64,000 bases of DNA from an uncultured Planctomycetales bacterium. GTDB lineage: Bacteria > Omnitrophota > Gorgyraeia > Zapsychrales > JANLHA01. Positions 28,168 to 37,477 of the stretch are shown here, piece by piece (position 1 is the stretch's first letter; each line of letters starts with the position of its first letter). The stretch spans positions 4,104 through 68,103 of the forward strand of contig CAYVEC010000003.1 of the NCBI GenBank assembly GCA_964450385.1, in the 5' to 3' direction. Under the pieces are notes generated by a model. The model was not told the origin of the DNA and ran no database searches. It was given only the letters and a program-made list of their open reading frames with translations. A program made the translations under genes and the position numbers.

Positions 28168-30999
28168 ATGGCTACAAAGTATGTGTATGGGTTCGGCGGC
28201 GGAACAGCCGAAGGCCGGGCCGAGATGAAGGAGCTTCTCGGTGGCAAGGGCGCGAATCTCGCAGAGATGTCGAATATCGGCATTCCGGTTCCGGCGGGGT
28301 TCACGATCACGACCGAGGTCTGCGCGTATTATTATTCGCACGGAAACAAGAAGCCCGAGAGCCTTGATAAAGAGATCGATCTTCATATTAAGAAACTCGA
28401 GAAGACCATGGGCGCGAAGTTTGGCGACAAAGAGAATCCTCTGCTCGTGTCGGTGCGTTCCGGTGCCGCGGTCTCGATGCCCGGGATGATGAACACGGTC
28501 TTGAATCTGGGTATCAATGATGACGCGGTCGTCGGTCTCGCGAAGAAGACAAAGAACGAACGGATGGCTTGGGATTCGTATCGCCGGTTCATCAATATGT
28601 TCGGCGATGTGGTTATGGGCGTGGACCATGAGCACTTCGAAGAGGAGCTCGGCCGGATCAAGAAACAGTACGGCCGGAAGCTCGACACGGAATTGACTGT
28701 CGCGGAACTTAAAGAGGTTGTCGCGGCGTATAAGAAGGTCTATGAGAAGCACGTGGGGAAGGGTTTCCCAACGAACGCCCGTGAACAGCTTGGGTATGCG
28801 ATCGACGCGGTCATCAAATCATGGATGATCCAGCGGGCGATCACCTACCGGATGATCAACAAGCTCCATGGATTAAAGGGGACGGCGGTCAATGTTCAGG
28901 CCATGGTTTTTGGGAACATGGGTGACAGTTCAGGGACCGGCGTTGCGTTTACACGAAATCCTGCCGACGGGACCAACAAGTTTTTTGGGGAATATCTTGT
29001 CAACGCCCAGGGTGAGGACGTCGTCGCTGGGATCCGGACTCCGGAGCCGATTTCGGATCTTGAGCGTGACATGCCGAGGGTTTATAAAGAATTGGACGCG
29101 ATCCGTCTCAAGCTTGAGAGGCACTATCGCGAAATGCAGGATGTTGAGTTCACGGTTCAAGAGGGCACCTTGTACATGCTTCAAACCCGTACTGGGAAAC
29201 GGACGGGGTTGGCTGCCGTGAAGGTCGCGGTGGATATGGTGAAGGAAGGGCTCATTTCCGAGGAAGAGGCCTTGGCGCGTATTGCCGGGGATCATCTCAA
29301 CCAGCTCTTGTTCCCGATCTTTGATCCGAAGGATAAGCAGGCAGCGATCGCGGATAAACGTGTGGTTGCGAAGGGGCTGCCGGCTGGTCCGGGCGCGGCC
29401 TATGGGAAGGTTGTGTTTAACGCGGAGGATGCCGAGACCTGGGCGAAGAACGGCCAGAAGGTGATCTTGGTCCGTAAAGAGACATCGCCTGAAGACGTGG
29501 CGGGGATGTGGGCCGCGCAGGCGATCTTGACCTCAACGGGTGGGATGACGTCTCACGCCGCTGTTGTAGCCCGCGGATGGGGTAAGTGCTGTGTCGTCGG
29601 ATGCGGGGCCCTTGAGATCAGCAATGCTCAAAAAGAGATCCGGGTCGCCGGCAAGGTGATCAAGGAAGGAGATGACATCTCGGTTGATGGGTCAACCGGA
29701 GAGGTTCTTCTTGGCACGGTGAAGACCACGGCATCGCCTGTTATTGACGGGGTGGTGAATAATAATCCGGAGGCTAAAAAGCATCCGATCTATAAGATGT
29801 TCACGGAGATCATGGCGTGGGCTGATAAGACCCGCCAGATCAAGGTTCGGACGAATGCGGATTCTCCTCAAGATGCCGCGAACGCCCGCGCGTTGGGTGC
29901 TGAGGGGATCGGGCTTTGCCGCACCGAGCATATGTTCTTTGAAGGTGAGCGGATCTGGGCGATCCGGGAGATGATCCTTGCCGGGGATACGGCCGGACGC
30001 GAGAAGGCCCTTGCCAAGCTCCTGCCGTACCAGCGTCAGGATTTTGAGGGGATCTTCCGGGCGATGAAGGGGCTGCCGGTTACGATCCGGTTGCTTGATC
30101 CGCCGCTCCATGAGTTTTTACCTCATGATGCCGAGGGACAGGCCGAGATGACCCGCCGGCTCGGGACAACGCCTGAGCGCGTGAAGGCGAAGGTCGATCA
30201 GCTTCATGAGATGAATCCGATGCTCGGGCATCGCGGGTGCCGTCTTTCGATCACCTATCCGGAGATCTGCAAGATGCAGACGACCGCGATCGTTGAGGCC
30301 GCCTGCACGGTTGCCCAGGAGGGGCTCAAGGTCCTTCCCGAGATCATGATCCCGCTTATTGGCACGAAGCAGGAATATGATCTCTTGGACGTGATCATCC
30401 GTGAGACCGCGGATGCGATCATCAAAGAGCGTAAGGCAAAGGTCCAGTATATGGTGGGGACCATGATCGAGATTCCGCGCGCGGCCTTGGTTGCTGATAA
30501 GGTGGCGGAAAAGGCGGAGTTCTTCTCATTCGGGACGAATGACCTCACCCAGATGACCTTGGGGTATAGCCGGGATGACGTCGGGTCATTCCTGCCTGAG
30601 TATATTAGTAAGAAGGTTTTCCGTGAGGACCCGTTTGCATCGATCGATCAGGAGGGTGTTGGTGAGATGGTGAAGATCGGTGTTGAGCGAGGGCGGATGT
30701 CCCGTCCCGACCTCAAATGCGGGGTCTGCGGTGAACATGGAGGCGATCCTGACTCGGTGAAGTTCTTTGCCAAGGCAGGGCTGAATTATGTGAGCTGCTC
30801 TCCCTACCGTGTCCCGATTGCTCGTCTCGCAGCGGCCCAGGCCGTGATCTTGGCCAAAAAGGCAGCGGCGGCTGCGGCAGCGAAGGGCAAAAAGGCCGGA
30901 CAGGCGAAGAAAAAGGTGTCGGCCACGGCAAAGAAGGCCGTTAAAAAGACGGTGAAAAAGGCCGCGGTCAAGAAGGCGGCTTCACGTAAGAGGAAATAA
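28168..30999 (+). CDS. ppdK: Pyruvate, phosphate dikinase with a ~70-aa Lys/Ala-rich histone-H1-like C-terminal tail
   Basis: Complete PPDK with the phospho-His domain (GGMTSHAAVVARGWGKCCV) and PEP-utilising C-terminal domain. The tail ...KKAAAAAAAKGKKAGQAKKKVSATAKKAVKKTVKKAAVKKAASRKRK is in frame, and RBS GGAGAAGGAG precedes the ATG. Confidence 0.95.
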   Translation: MATKYVYGFGGGTAEGRAEMKELLGGKGANLAEMSNIGIPVPAGFTITTEVCAYYYSHGNKKPESLDKEIDLHIKKLEKTMGAKFGDKENPLLVSVRSGAAVSMPGMMNTVLNLGINDDAVVGLAKKTKNERMAWDSYRRFINMFGDVVMGVDHEHFEEELGRIKKQYGRKLDTELTVAELKEVVAAYKKVYEKHVGKGFPTNAREQLGYAIDAVIKSWMIQRAITYRMINKLHGLKGTAVNVQAMVFGNMGDSSGTGVAFTRNPADGTNKFFGEYLVNAQGEDVVAGIRTPEPISDLERDMPRVYKELDAIRLKLERHYREMQDVEFTVQEGTLYMLQTRTGKRTGLAAVKVAVDMVKEGLISEEEALARIAGDHLNQLLFPIFDPKDKQAAIADKRVVAKGLPAGPGAAYGKVVFNAEDAETWAKNGQKVILVRKETSPEDVAGMWAAQAILTSTGGMTSHAAVVARGWGKCCVVGCGALEISNAQKEIRVAGKVIKEGDDISVDGSTGEVLLGTVKTTASPVIDGVVNNNPEAKKHPIYKMFTEIMAWADKTRQIKVRTNADSPQDAANARALGAEGIGLCRTEHMFFEGERIWAIREMILAGDTAGREKALAKLLPYQRQDFEGIFRAMKGLPVTIRLLDPPLHEFLPHDAEGQAEMTRRLGTTPERVKAKVDQLHEMNPMLGHRGCRLSITYPEICKMQTTAIVEAACTVAQEGLKVLPEIMIPLIGTKQEYDLLDVIIRETADAIIKERKAKVQYMVGTMIEIPRAALVADKVAEKAEFFSFGTNDLTQMTLGYSRDDVGSFLPEYISKKVFREDPFASIDQEGVGEMVKIGVERGRMSRPDLKCGVCGEHGGDPDSVKFFAKAGLNYVSCSPYRVPIARLAAAQAVILAKKAAAAAAAKGKKAGQAKKKVSATAKKAVKKTVKKAAVKKAASRKRK

Positions 31000-31015
31000 G
31001 CGACGGTGAGCCGGA

Positions 31016-31061
31016 GGGGTGGGAACTTTTTTTAAAAAGTTCCCACCCCATCCGTTTTTTT
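31016..31061 (+). terminator. Rho-independent terminator after ppdK
   Basis: A perfect palindrome ggggtgggaacttttt/aaaaagttcccacccc followed by a T7 tract. Confidence 0.7.
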
Positions 31062-31186
31062 GATATACTGAAACACAAACGTTCATTGGGGCACGAACCC
31101 CCGGTTGTGAACTTAGACGGTTGTGGTGTTTCAGTGAGATCACATTTTTGACATGGACGGACAGCGCATCGGTTGTTGCTAAGCCT

Positions 31187-32005
31187 ATGGACCCAGTCAA
31201 ATCATACTTCAAAGACGTTCGCGACATCCCTTTATTAACTGCCGAAGAAGAGGTGGCCCTGGCCCAGCGTGTCGTCGCAGGGGACCGGGAGGCCCGTGAG
31301 ATGATGATCCGGTCGAATCTTCGACTGGTGATCAGCATTGCGAAGCGCTATATCAATTTGGGCGTTCCGCTGAGCGACCTTATAGAGGAAGGCAATATCG
31401 GGCTGATGAGGAGTGTGGAGAAATTCGACCCGTCAAAAGGCTTTCGGTTTTCGACATACGCGGCCTGGTGGATCAAGCAGGCGATCTCGCGCGCGATCAT
31501 TGATCAGGGGAAAATGATCCGCGTTCCTGTTTATATGAATGAGGAGATCGTGAAATATAAAAAGGCGGTCGAGGCCCTCACCCACAAGCTCGACCGAAAG
31601 CCGCGCGTTGCCGAGATCGCGAAAAAACTCCAGACCTCGGTCGACAAGGTCCGTGAATACGAGCGCTCGATCGCGAAGATGTCGAGTCTTGACGCGCCGA
31701 TCGGTGAAGACGGGGAGGGGCAGGTCAGCGACCTGATCGCTGATGAGCGGATGGTTTCTCCGGACGCTCAGCTCGAGAGTTTTCTCAACCGTGAGCGGGC
31801 GAATGAGCTTTTAGACATCCTGCCAGAACGCGAACGCGAGATTCTTGAGATGCGTTACGGCCTTTTGGACGGCAAGCCTCAGACCCTCGCGGAGATCGCC
31901 CAGAAGATGCGGGTCTCGCGCGAGCGGGTTCGGCAGCTTGAAGGACAGGCGATCAAGCGGATTAAGCAATTGATCGACGAGGGGCAGGATGCCGGGCCTT
32001 CGTAA
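31187..32005 (+). CDS. RNA polymerase sigma-70 family factor (RpoD/RpoS-like, short, no region 1.1)
   Basis: Regions 1.2 (YFKDVRDIPLLTAEEE), 2 (SNLRLVISIAKRY), 3 and 4 are present, 272 aa. Confidence 0.85.
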   Translation: MDPVKSYFKDVRDIPLLTAEEEVALAQRVVAGDREAREMMIRSNLRLVISIAKRYINLGVPLSDLIEEGNIGLMRSVEKFDPSKGFRFSTYAAWWIKQAISRAIIDQGKMIRVPVYMNEEIVKYKKAVEALTHKLDRKPRVAEIAKKLQTSVDKVREYERSIAKMSSLDAPIGEDGEGQVSDLIADERMVSPDAQLESFLNRERANELLDILPEREREILEMRYGLLDGKPQTLAEIAQKMRVSRERVRQLEGQAIKRIKQLIDEGQDAGPS

Positions 32006-32092
32006 CGAGGGTGGCGATGGATCTGCGTACGGCGCTCGGGGGTTTCGTGGGAAGCGATCTCGGTGGCGCCGTTTTTATTTGATGGAGGCGAC

Positions 32093-32635
32093 ATGGGAAA
32101 GACAGTGACGCGCGATGAGATTCAGGCGATGGTCCGCGATGTGCCGGATTTTCCGAAACCCGGGATTCTGTTTAAAGATATCACGCCTATTTTGAAAGAC
32201 CCGGAGGTCTTTCGCGGTACGGTCGCGGCTCTCGCCGAGGCAGTCAGGGGAGAGCGGATCAATTTTATTGTCGGGATCGAGTCAAGGGGATTTATTTTCG
32301 GAGCCGGTCTTGCCCAGACTTTGGGCGCGGGTTTTGTCCCGGTCCGGAAGCCGGGAAAGCTGCCATACCGAACCGTCCGCGAGACGTATCAGCTTGAATA
32401 TGGTGAGGACGCCCTTGAGATCCATGAGGATGCCGTTGGCCGAGGGGACCGGGTCGTGATCATTGATGACCTTTTGGCGACCGGCGGCACCGCGGAGGCT
32501 GCGGTTCGGCTGGTCCGGCGATTGGGCGCTGAGGTCACGGCTGTCGCCGTGGTGATCGAGCTTGCTTTTCTTCAAGGCCGCGCGCGTCTTCAGGGCATTC
32601 CGGTCTATTCCCTTGTTACGTATGGGGCCGAGTGA
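32093..32635 (+). CDS. apt: Adenine phosphoribosyltransferase
   Basis: DFPKPGILFKDITP and the PRPP-binding VVIIDDLLATGGT. Confidence 0.9.
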   Translation: MGKTVTRDEIQAMVRDVPDFPKPGILFKDITPILKDPEVFRGTVAALAEAVRGERINFIVGIESRGFIFGAGLAQTLGAGFVPVRKPGKLPYRTVRETYQLEYGEDALEIHEDAVGRGDRVVIIDDLLATGGTAEAAVRLVRRLGAEVTAVAVVIELAFLQGRARLQGIPVYSLVTYGAE

Positions 32636-32743
32636 GGGGACTTGAGAAATGGGTATCACTCTGCCCTGCGTGCCCTTGACAGAAAATACCGTCTATGTTT
32701 TAATTTGTTCACATTCGTTTTCGCGGGTTCATGCTCATATGAT

Positions 32744-32817
32744 GCGCCTGTAGCTCAGATGGATAGAGCGCGGCTCTCCTAAGGCCGGCGTCGGAGGTTC
32801 GAATCCCCCCAGGCGCA
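32744..32817 (+). tRNA. tRNA-Arg (anticodon CCT)
   Basis: I folded the cloverleaf manually: acceptor GCGCCTG/CAGGCGC, D-arm GCTC..GAGC, anticodon loop CTCCTAA, T-arm GGAGG-TTCGAAT-CCCCC (one A.C mismatch), discriminator A, no encoded CCA. Confidence 0.8.
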
Positions 32818-32857
32818 TGAATCTATTCGGGTCACGACAAAAAAGAAAAAAATTTTT

Positions 32858-32886
32858 TTGACATACACTTGTAAGTGTGTGACAAT
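32858..32886 (+). promoter_or_regulatory. Putative promoter of the OMP gene with an operator-like palindrome in the spacer
   Basis: TTGACA, a 17-nt spacer containing ACACTTgtaAAGTGT, then GACAAT. Confidence 0.35.
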
Positions 32887-33070
32887 AAAGCGTTTGTTGG
32901 AGGTTCCTTAATCCAGGGATGATCTTAATCTGACACGAAAGGGGGTGGTGATACTTTTTAGGTCAAGGATCATCAAGCACTGGTCAAGTGGGTAATTCGC
33001 TAGGCCACTAGATTCTAGTTACGATAAATAGTAAGTCAGAACACGAACTACTTTTTGAGGAGAAACAGTC

Positions 33071-34414
33071 ATGAAAAAAGTGTTATTAGCCGTACTCGCG
33101 ATCGCGTTGATGGCTGCGCCGGCGTTTGCTAGCGTGCAGAACATCAAGGTGAGCGGGGACATCGAGACAACATACCTGAATCGTGAGAACTTTGATTTGG
33201 GCGGCTCAACGGCCACCTATGATCAGAGCGTCTTCTTGATGCAGACACGCCTGCGCGTTGATTCCGATCTGACCGACAAGGTTGCGGCCACGATCGCCCT
33301 GATCAACGAGCGCGAATGGGGTGCCAGCACCACGACGACAGGTGTCGACCTGAATCTTGCCTATGTGACGATGAAAGAGATGCTCTATTCTCCGCTCACC
33401 GTCACGCTCGGGCGCCAGAATTTTGCCTTCGGGAATTCGTTTGTGATCGATTCCGCAGGGACAAACAATTCGGCTCCGGCTGATTCGGGCTTGAACAGTA
33501 TCGCCGAGGATTTAACCAAGCAGACGGCTCAGGATGCAATCCGCCTGACGTTTGATTACAATCCGTTGACGATCGATGTGGTTTATTCCAAGATCACTCA
33601 GGGTGTTGTTTCCGGGACGATCGAGGATGATGACACAGACCTCATCGGGATGAACGCCAGCTATCAGTTCGATGATGAGAAGGCGACGCTTGTCGAGGGG
33701 TATTTATGGGTGAAGAATGACAAGCCGGCAGCTCTGGGAGCGGGCGATGATAACGCCAAGACCGACAGAGTCTATATGCCCGGTGTGCGTTCCAGCATGA
33801 ACATCTTGGATGGATGGAATCTTCAGGGTGAGTTTGCCTACCAGACCGGCACGAAGTATCTTGGCGCTGCTGGTGAGCATGCCAGCCGCAAGGCCTATGC
33901 AGCTCAGGTGATCTCGAGCCATGCCTTGAAGTTCGAGAAGACTGCAAAGTATAAGCCGGTGTTCGCGATGTCCTACACGATGTATTCAGGGGACACGAAT
34001 GGGGCTCCTGGTGATGAGCGCTATAGCGCATGGGATCCCATGTATGAGAATCAGGCAGGTGGCAAGATCTACAACACCTTGTTCAATGCGAGCAACTGCC
34101 ATATCGTTGGCGCGAGCCTTTCAATGGTTCCGGCGGAGGACGTGATGGCTCAGCTCTATTTTGATCATCTGTTTTTGGATAAGGAAGTTGGGGCCTTTGC
34201 CCTCAATCAGCCTGACGGATCGACCTCGACACCGACTCAGAAAGGTAACGAAAGCCTCGGCAACGAGGTTGGGATGGTCGTGACGTATGACTACACCGAG
34301 GATGTTCAGCTTGGCGCTCGCGCGGGCTGGTTCTTCCCCGGGTCACGTTATGGCAATGACAAGAAGAATGATTCTGCCTCGCAGGTTTTGTTGAACGCGA
34401 AGGTGTCATTCTAA
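33071..34414 (+). CDS. Outer-membrane beta-barrel protein, porin-like
   Basis: Signal peptide MKKVLLAVLAIALMAAPAFA, alternating amphipathic strands and a C-terminal Phe (..AKVSF). It has a ~190-nt 5'UTR and a strong terminator after it. Confidence 0.7.
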   Translation: MKKVLLAVLAIALMAAPAFASVQNIKVSGDIETTYLNRENFDLGGSTATYDQSVFLMQTRLRVDSDLTDKVAATIALINEREWGASTTTTGVDLNLAYVTMKEMLYSPLTVTLGRQNFAFGNSFVIDSAGTNNSAPADSGLNSIAEDLTKQTAQDAIRLTFDYNPLTIDVVYSKITQGVVSGTIEDDDTDLIGMNASYQFDDEKATLVEGYLWVKNDKPAALGAGDDNAKTDRVYMPGVRSSMNILDGWNLQGEFAYQTGTKYLGAAGEHASRKAYAAQVISSHALKFEKTAKYKPVFAMSYTMYSGDTNGAPGDERYSAWDPMYENQAGGKIYNTLFNASNCHIVGASLSMVPAEDVMAQLYFDHLFLDKEVGAFALNQPDGSTSTPTQKGNESLGNEVGMVVTYDYTEDVQLGARAGWFFPGSRYGNDKKNDSASQVLLNAKVSF

Positions 34415-34427
34415 CTTCAGTTAAAGA

Positions 34428-34477
34428 TTGTGATGTGGAGGCCGGCAGGAGAGTTTCCTGCCGGCCTCTTTGTTTTG
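34428..34477 (+). terminator. Rho-independent terminator after the OMP gene
   Basis: Stem gaggccggcagga/tcctgccggcctc followed by TTTGTTTT. Confidence 0.7.
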
Positions 34478-34715
34478 CGGCATTGCGTGACGCTGCCGTC
34501 AGAGGTGGGGCCCGCAGTGAATAAAAAAATTTCATGCTCATGAGGCCCTGCGCGGATCCATTCAGTCTTTTTCCGACGAGAAAAATAAAAAAAATACATA
34601 AAAAAAAATTAAAAAAGATTCCCTCCTGTCGTCTTATTTGTTATTATAAAATCAATTATAATGATGATTAGGTTTAAAGAAGTATTTAAACCTTTTGATA
34701 TTAGTGAGTTGTGCT

Positions 34716-35291
34716 ATGACCAGAGATGAAATTTATGATCATCTGGCTCAGGTGTACCTTGGGAAAAAGCGGCAGACCCAGGAACCGCCCCCGCGGCAGA
34801 TCAGCACCTGGCTTGTGATCAATATGATGATAACCGTGGTGATTTTTGCCACGTCGGTTTACGGTCTTACCGCTTTTCTTGCTCGACGGGGAGACCTCTT
34901 GGAGCAGCGCGTCATCTACGCCCTGAACAAGGGGCCGATCCGAGTGCCGTATGATGTGCGGCAGCCCTACCCTCAGGTGAAGACGTTCTCGCTTCCGGTG
35001 ACGGGCGTGGACGCGGGCAAATTCGGACGGCTTCAGTTTGCGGTCCGCGCGAGTGAGGGCGGGTCGCCCGGGGTGATACGGATCGAGGTGCGGAATCAAC
35101 GCCACGAAGTGAGCTCGCGGATCATCGATGGGATTGGTCATCAGTGGAGGCAGCGGAGTATCGCGTTTGAGGATTTTGCAGAGATCTCGGATTGGTCGAC
35201 GGTGTCAGAGATCCATTTTATTATTGAGGCGTGGAACGCAGATAAGAAAAAGGGCGCAGTACTAATCGATGACATCTGTTTTTCGAGTTAA
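34716..35291 (+). CDS. Hypothetical single-pass membrane protein with a ~140-aa extracytoplasmic beta-rich domain
   Basis: First ATG in the ORF, one TM (WLVINMMITVVIFATSVYGLTAFL), GC3-rich codons. It heads the ParA cluster. Confidence 0.55.
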   Translation: MTRDEIYDHLAQVYLGKKRQTQEPPPRQISTWLVINMMITVVIFATSVYGLTAFLARRGDLLEQRVIYALNKGPIRVPYDVRQPYPQVKTFSLPVTGVDAGKFGRLQFAVRASEGGSPGVIRIEVRNQRHEVSSRIIDGIGHQWRQRSIAFEDFAEISDWSTVSEIHFIIEAWNADKKKGAVLIDDICFSS

Positions 35292-35309
35292 CAGAAAGGG
35301 CCTGGCAAC

Positions 35310-36407
35310 ATGAAAATCATTTCGATCGGGAATCAGAAAGGCGGCTGCGGGAAGACCACGACGGCGATCAATCTTGCGTCGTCATTCGCCCAGAATGGGA
35401 AGCGCACCCTGCTCATTGATTTGGACCCGCAGGCCCACGCGTCGCTCGGCCTGAATTTCGAATGCCAGGAGAGCATGTACAATGTGATCTCGAGACTCGC
35501 GCCCCGGAAGCTCGGGATCGTTCAGATTATCAAGCGTGTTGAGAAGAATTTTGATATTGTCCCGTCGAACCTTCTCGTTGGGACCCTCGAGCAGGAGCTT
35601 GCTGATGAGATCGGGCGCGAGACAAAGCTCGCCGAGGTCCTGGCACCGCTTCAGAGTGAGTATGATTATATTCTTATTGATTGTCCGCCGAGCCTGGGGT
35701 TCCTCACGATCAACGCGATCCGCGCGAGCCACGAGATCTATATCCCGGTTGAGACGAGCCGGTTCTCTCTCCAGGGGGTGGACCATGTTCTCGATATTAT
35801 CCGTCTGATCCGTCAGCGTCTCAATCATCCCGTTGAATATAAGGTTTTGGTGACGATGTTTGATTCCCGGCTGCGTCATTCCTTTGCGATGCTATCCAAG
35901 ATGCGCGAGATGTTCGGCGAAAATCTTTTTGACACCATCGTTCATGTGAATGTGAAGCTTAAAGAGTCGGCGGTGATGGGCCGGACCGTTGCAGCCTATG
36001 ATAAATATTGCCGCGGGGCCAAGGATTATTTTTCGTTGGCCAAAGAGGTGATCGCGCACCATGACGCCCTGCCGTCGTCGCATCCGGACATCTCGGACCG
36101 CCTGAGAGAGCTCATCCATCAGGAGACCCGCGAGATGGTCCGGCTGACCCGTTTTCAGCTTGCGGCCCCCGAGGCCCGGTCGGTCTATGTGACGGGAAGT
36201 TTTAACGATTGGTCTCTCGATGAGAAGTATCGCATGGTGTCTGATAACGGGGTCTGGTCTGTGGAGATCCCGCTCAAGCCGGGGAACTATCGGTATCAGT
36301 TTATTGTCGATGGGCGCTGGCGGGAAGATCCGGCGAACCCTGAGCAGGAACGTAATTCATTCGGTGATATCAATTCGCTTCTCGAGGTAGCATCCCATGA
36401 ATCATGA
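35310..36407 (+). CDS. ParA/MinD-family ATPase fused to a C-terminal AMPK-beta-like glycogen-binding domain (CBM48)
   Basis: Deviant Walker A KGGCGKTT, D-x-x-P and a Soj-like core (~255 aa). The C-terminus SVYVTGSFNDWSLDEKYRMVSDNGVWSVEIPLKPGNYRYQFIVDGRWREDPANP matches the AMPK beta GBD (..LSGSFNNWS..GEHQYKFFVDGQWTHDP..). Confidence 0.85.
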   Translation: MKIISIGNQKGGCGKTTTAINLASSFAQNGKRTLLIDLDPQAHASLGLNFECQESMYNVISRLAPRKLGIVQIIKRVEKNFDIVPSNLLVGTLEQELADEIGRETKLAEVLAPLQSEYDYILIDCPPSLGFLTINAIRASHEIYIPVETSRFSLQGVDHVLDIIRLIRQRLNHPVEYKVLVTMFDSRLRHSFAMLSKMREMFGENLFDTIVHVNVKLKESAVMGRTVAAYDKYCRGAKDYFSLAKEVIAHHDALPSSHPDISDRLRELIHQETREMVRLTRFQLAAPEARSVYVTGSFNDWSLDEKYRMVSDNGVWSVEIPLKPGNYRYQFIVDGRWREDPANPEQERNSFGDINSLLEVASHES

Positions 36408-36720
36408 GGACCGGGCTATTGATGGGATCGACGCCGAAGAAAAGGTGTTTGGCTTTTTGTCATATCTGTCGCTGCTCTGCATTGTCCCCCTTCTGATGAA
36501 ACGCGAGAGCGATTTCGTTTTGTTTCATGCGAAACAGGGGCTGATCCTGTTTTTAGGGCAGGTCGCCCTCTTCGTTTTAAGCACTGTCTTCCCCTGGGTT
36601 GTCCGCCCGGGGGCGTTCATTCTTTCAGCACTCGCTTTTTGGGGGATCGTTGAGGTTCTCTGCGGGCACAAAACCGCCTTGCCGGTTGTCTCGCATATTG
36701 CCGAAAAGATTTCTCTATAA
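36397..36720 (+). CDS. DUF4870-like small membrane protein
   Basis: FGFLSYLSLLCIVPLLMKRESDFVLFHAKQGLILF pattern. The start overlaps the ParA stop. Confidence 0.6.
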   Translation: MNHEDRAIDGIDAEEKVFGFLSYLSLLCIVPLLMKRESDFVLFHAKQGLILFLGQVALFVLSTVFPWVVRPGAFILSALAFWGIVEVLCGHKTALPVVSHIAEKISL

Positions 36721-36752
36721 GATCGCCGCTGACGATCCCTGACGACTGATTC

Positions 36753-37466
36753 ATGAGCATGATTGAGCATTTATTCCGCGCGTTACAGAGCGTCTTTGGT
36801 GCGCCGCCGAGAGTCCGGCGGCGACCGAGGACGGTTCGAAAGACAGCGTCGAGGACTAGACGCCTGGTGTCGCGTCAAGGGCGGCACGCGGGGGCGCGCG
36901 GGTCTCGGACCAAACGCCGCGAGAAGATATCGGCGCGCCGGCCCGTGGCAAAGACCGCAACAAAGGGTTCCAAAAAGACAGCTGCGACGGCGGTTAAAAA
37001 AAAGGTCAAGAAGGTTGTAAAAAAGGCTGTCGTGCGCCCCGTGACAAAGAGGCCCGTGAAGGCCGCGGGTCACGCGGCAAAAAAGGCGGCCGTTCGGCCT
37101 CCTCAGGTTCGGGCAGGTTCGCGGTCGTCAGGGGGTGCTCAGAAGATGCTAAAGAGCGGCCGACGGCCTGCCGATCAGCTGCGCAGGACATCGAACGCCG
37201 CTGCCCGCGATGAAGGGGTTTTTGTCGGTGAGATCACGCATTATTTTTCAAAGATCATGGTCTGCGTTGTGAAGATCGAGGGGGCGAGCTTGTTGATCCA
37301 CGATCAGGTTCATATCAAAGGGGCCACAACGGATATCCGTCAGGCGATCAGGTCCATGCAGATTGAAAGCCGGGATGTCACGGTCGCGCGGTCCGGGCAA
37401 CTCGTGGGGCTAAAGGTATCACGGATGGTCCGTGTGGGTGACAGGGTCTATAAGGTTTCAAAATAG
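36753..37466 (+). CDS. Basic protein with an Arg/Lys/Ala-rich histone-H1-like N-terminal half and a C-terminal small beta-barrel (EF-Tu domain-2-like)
   Basis: AKTATKGSKKTAATAVKKKVKKVVKKAVVRPVTKRPVKAAGHAAKKAAVRP low complexity, then VGEITHYFSKIMVCVVKIEGASLLIHDQVHIKG...VGLKVSRMVRVGDRVYKV. Confidence 0.55.
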   Translation: MSMIEHLFRALQSVFGAPPRVRRRPRTVRKTASRTRRLVSRQGRHAGARGSRTKRREKISARRPVAKTATKGSKKTAATAVKKKVKKVVKKAVVRPVTKRPVKAAGHAAKKAAVRPPQVRAGSRSSGGAQKMLKSGRRPADQLRRTSNAAARDEGVFVGEITHYFSKIMVCVVKIEGASLLIHDQVHIKGATTDIRQAIRSMQIESRDVTVARSGQLVGLKVSRMVRVGDRVYKVSK

Positions 37467-37477
37467 GAGGGGTCAGG

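Noticed and set aside
32818-36407. tRNA-adjacent genomic island or integrated element downstream of tRNA-Arg.
   Set aside because: There is no integrase, no direct repeat of the tRNA 3' end, and the GC content and codon usage of the OMP and ParA cluster match the rest of the window.
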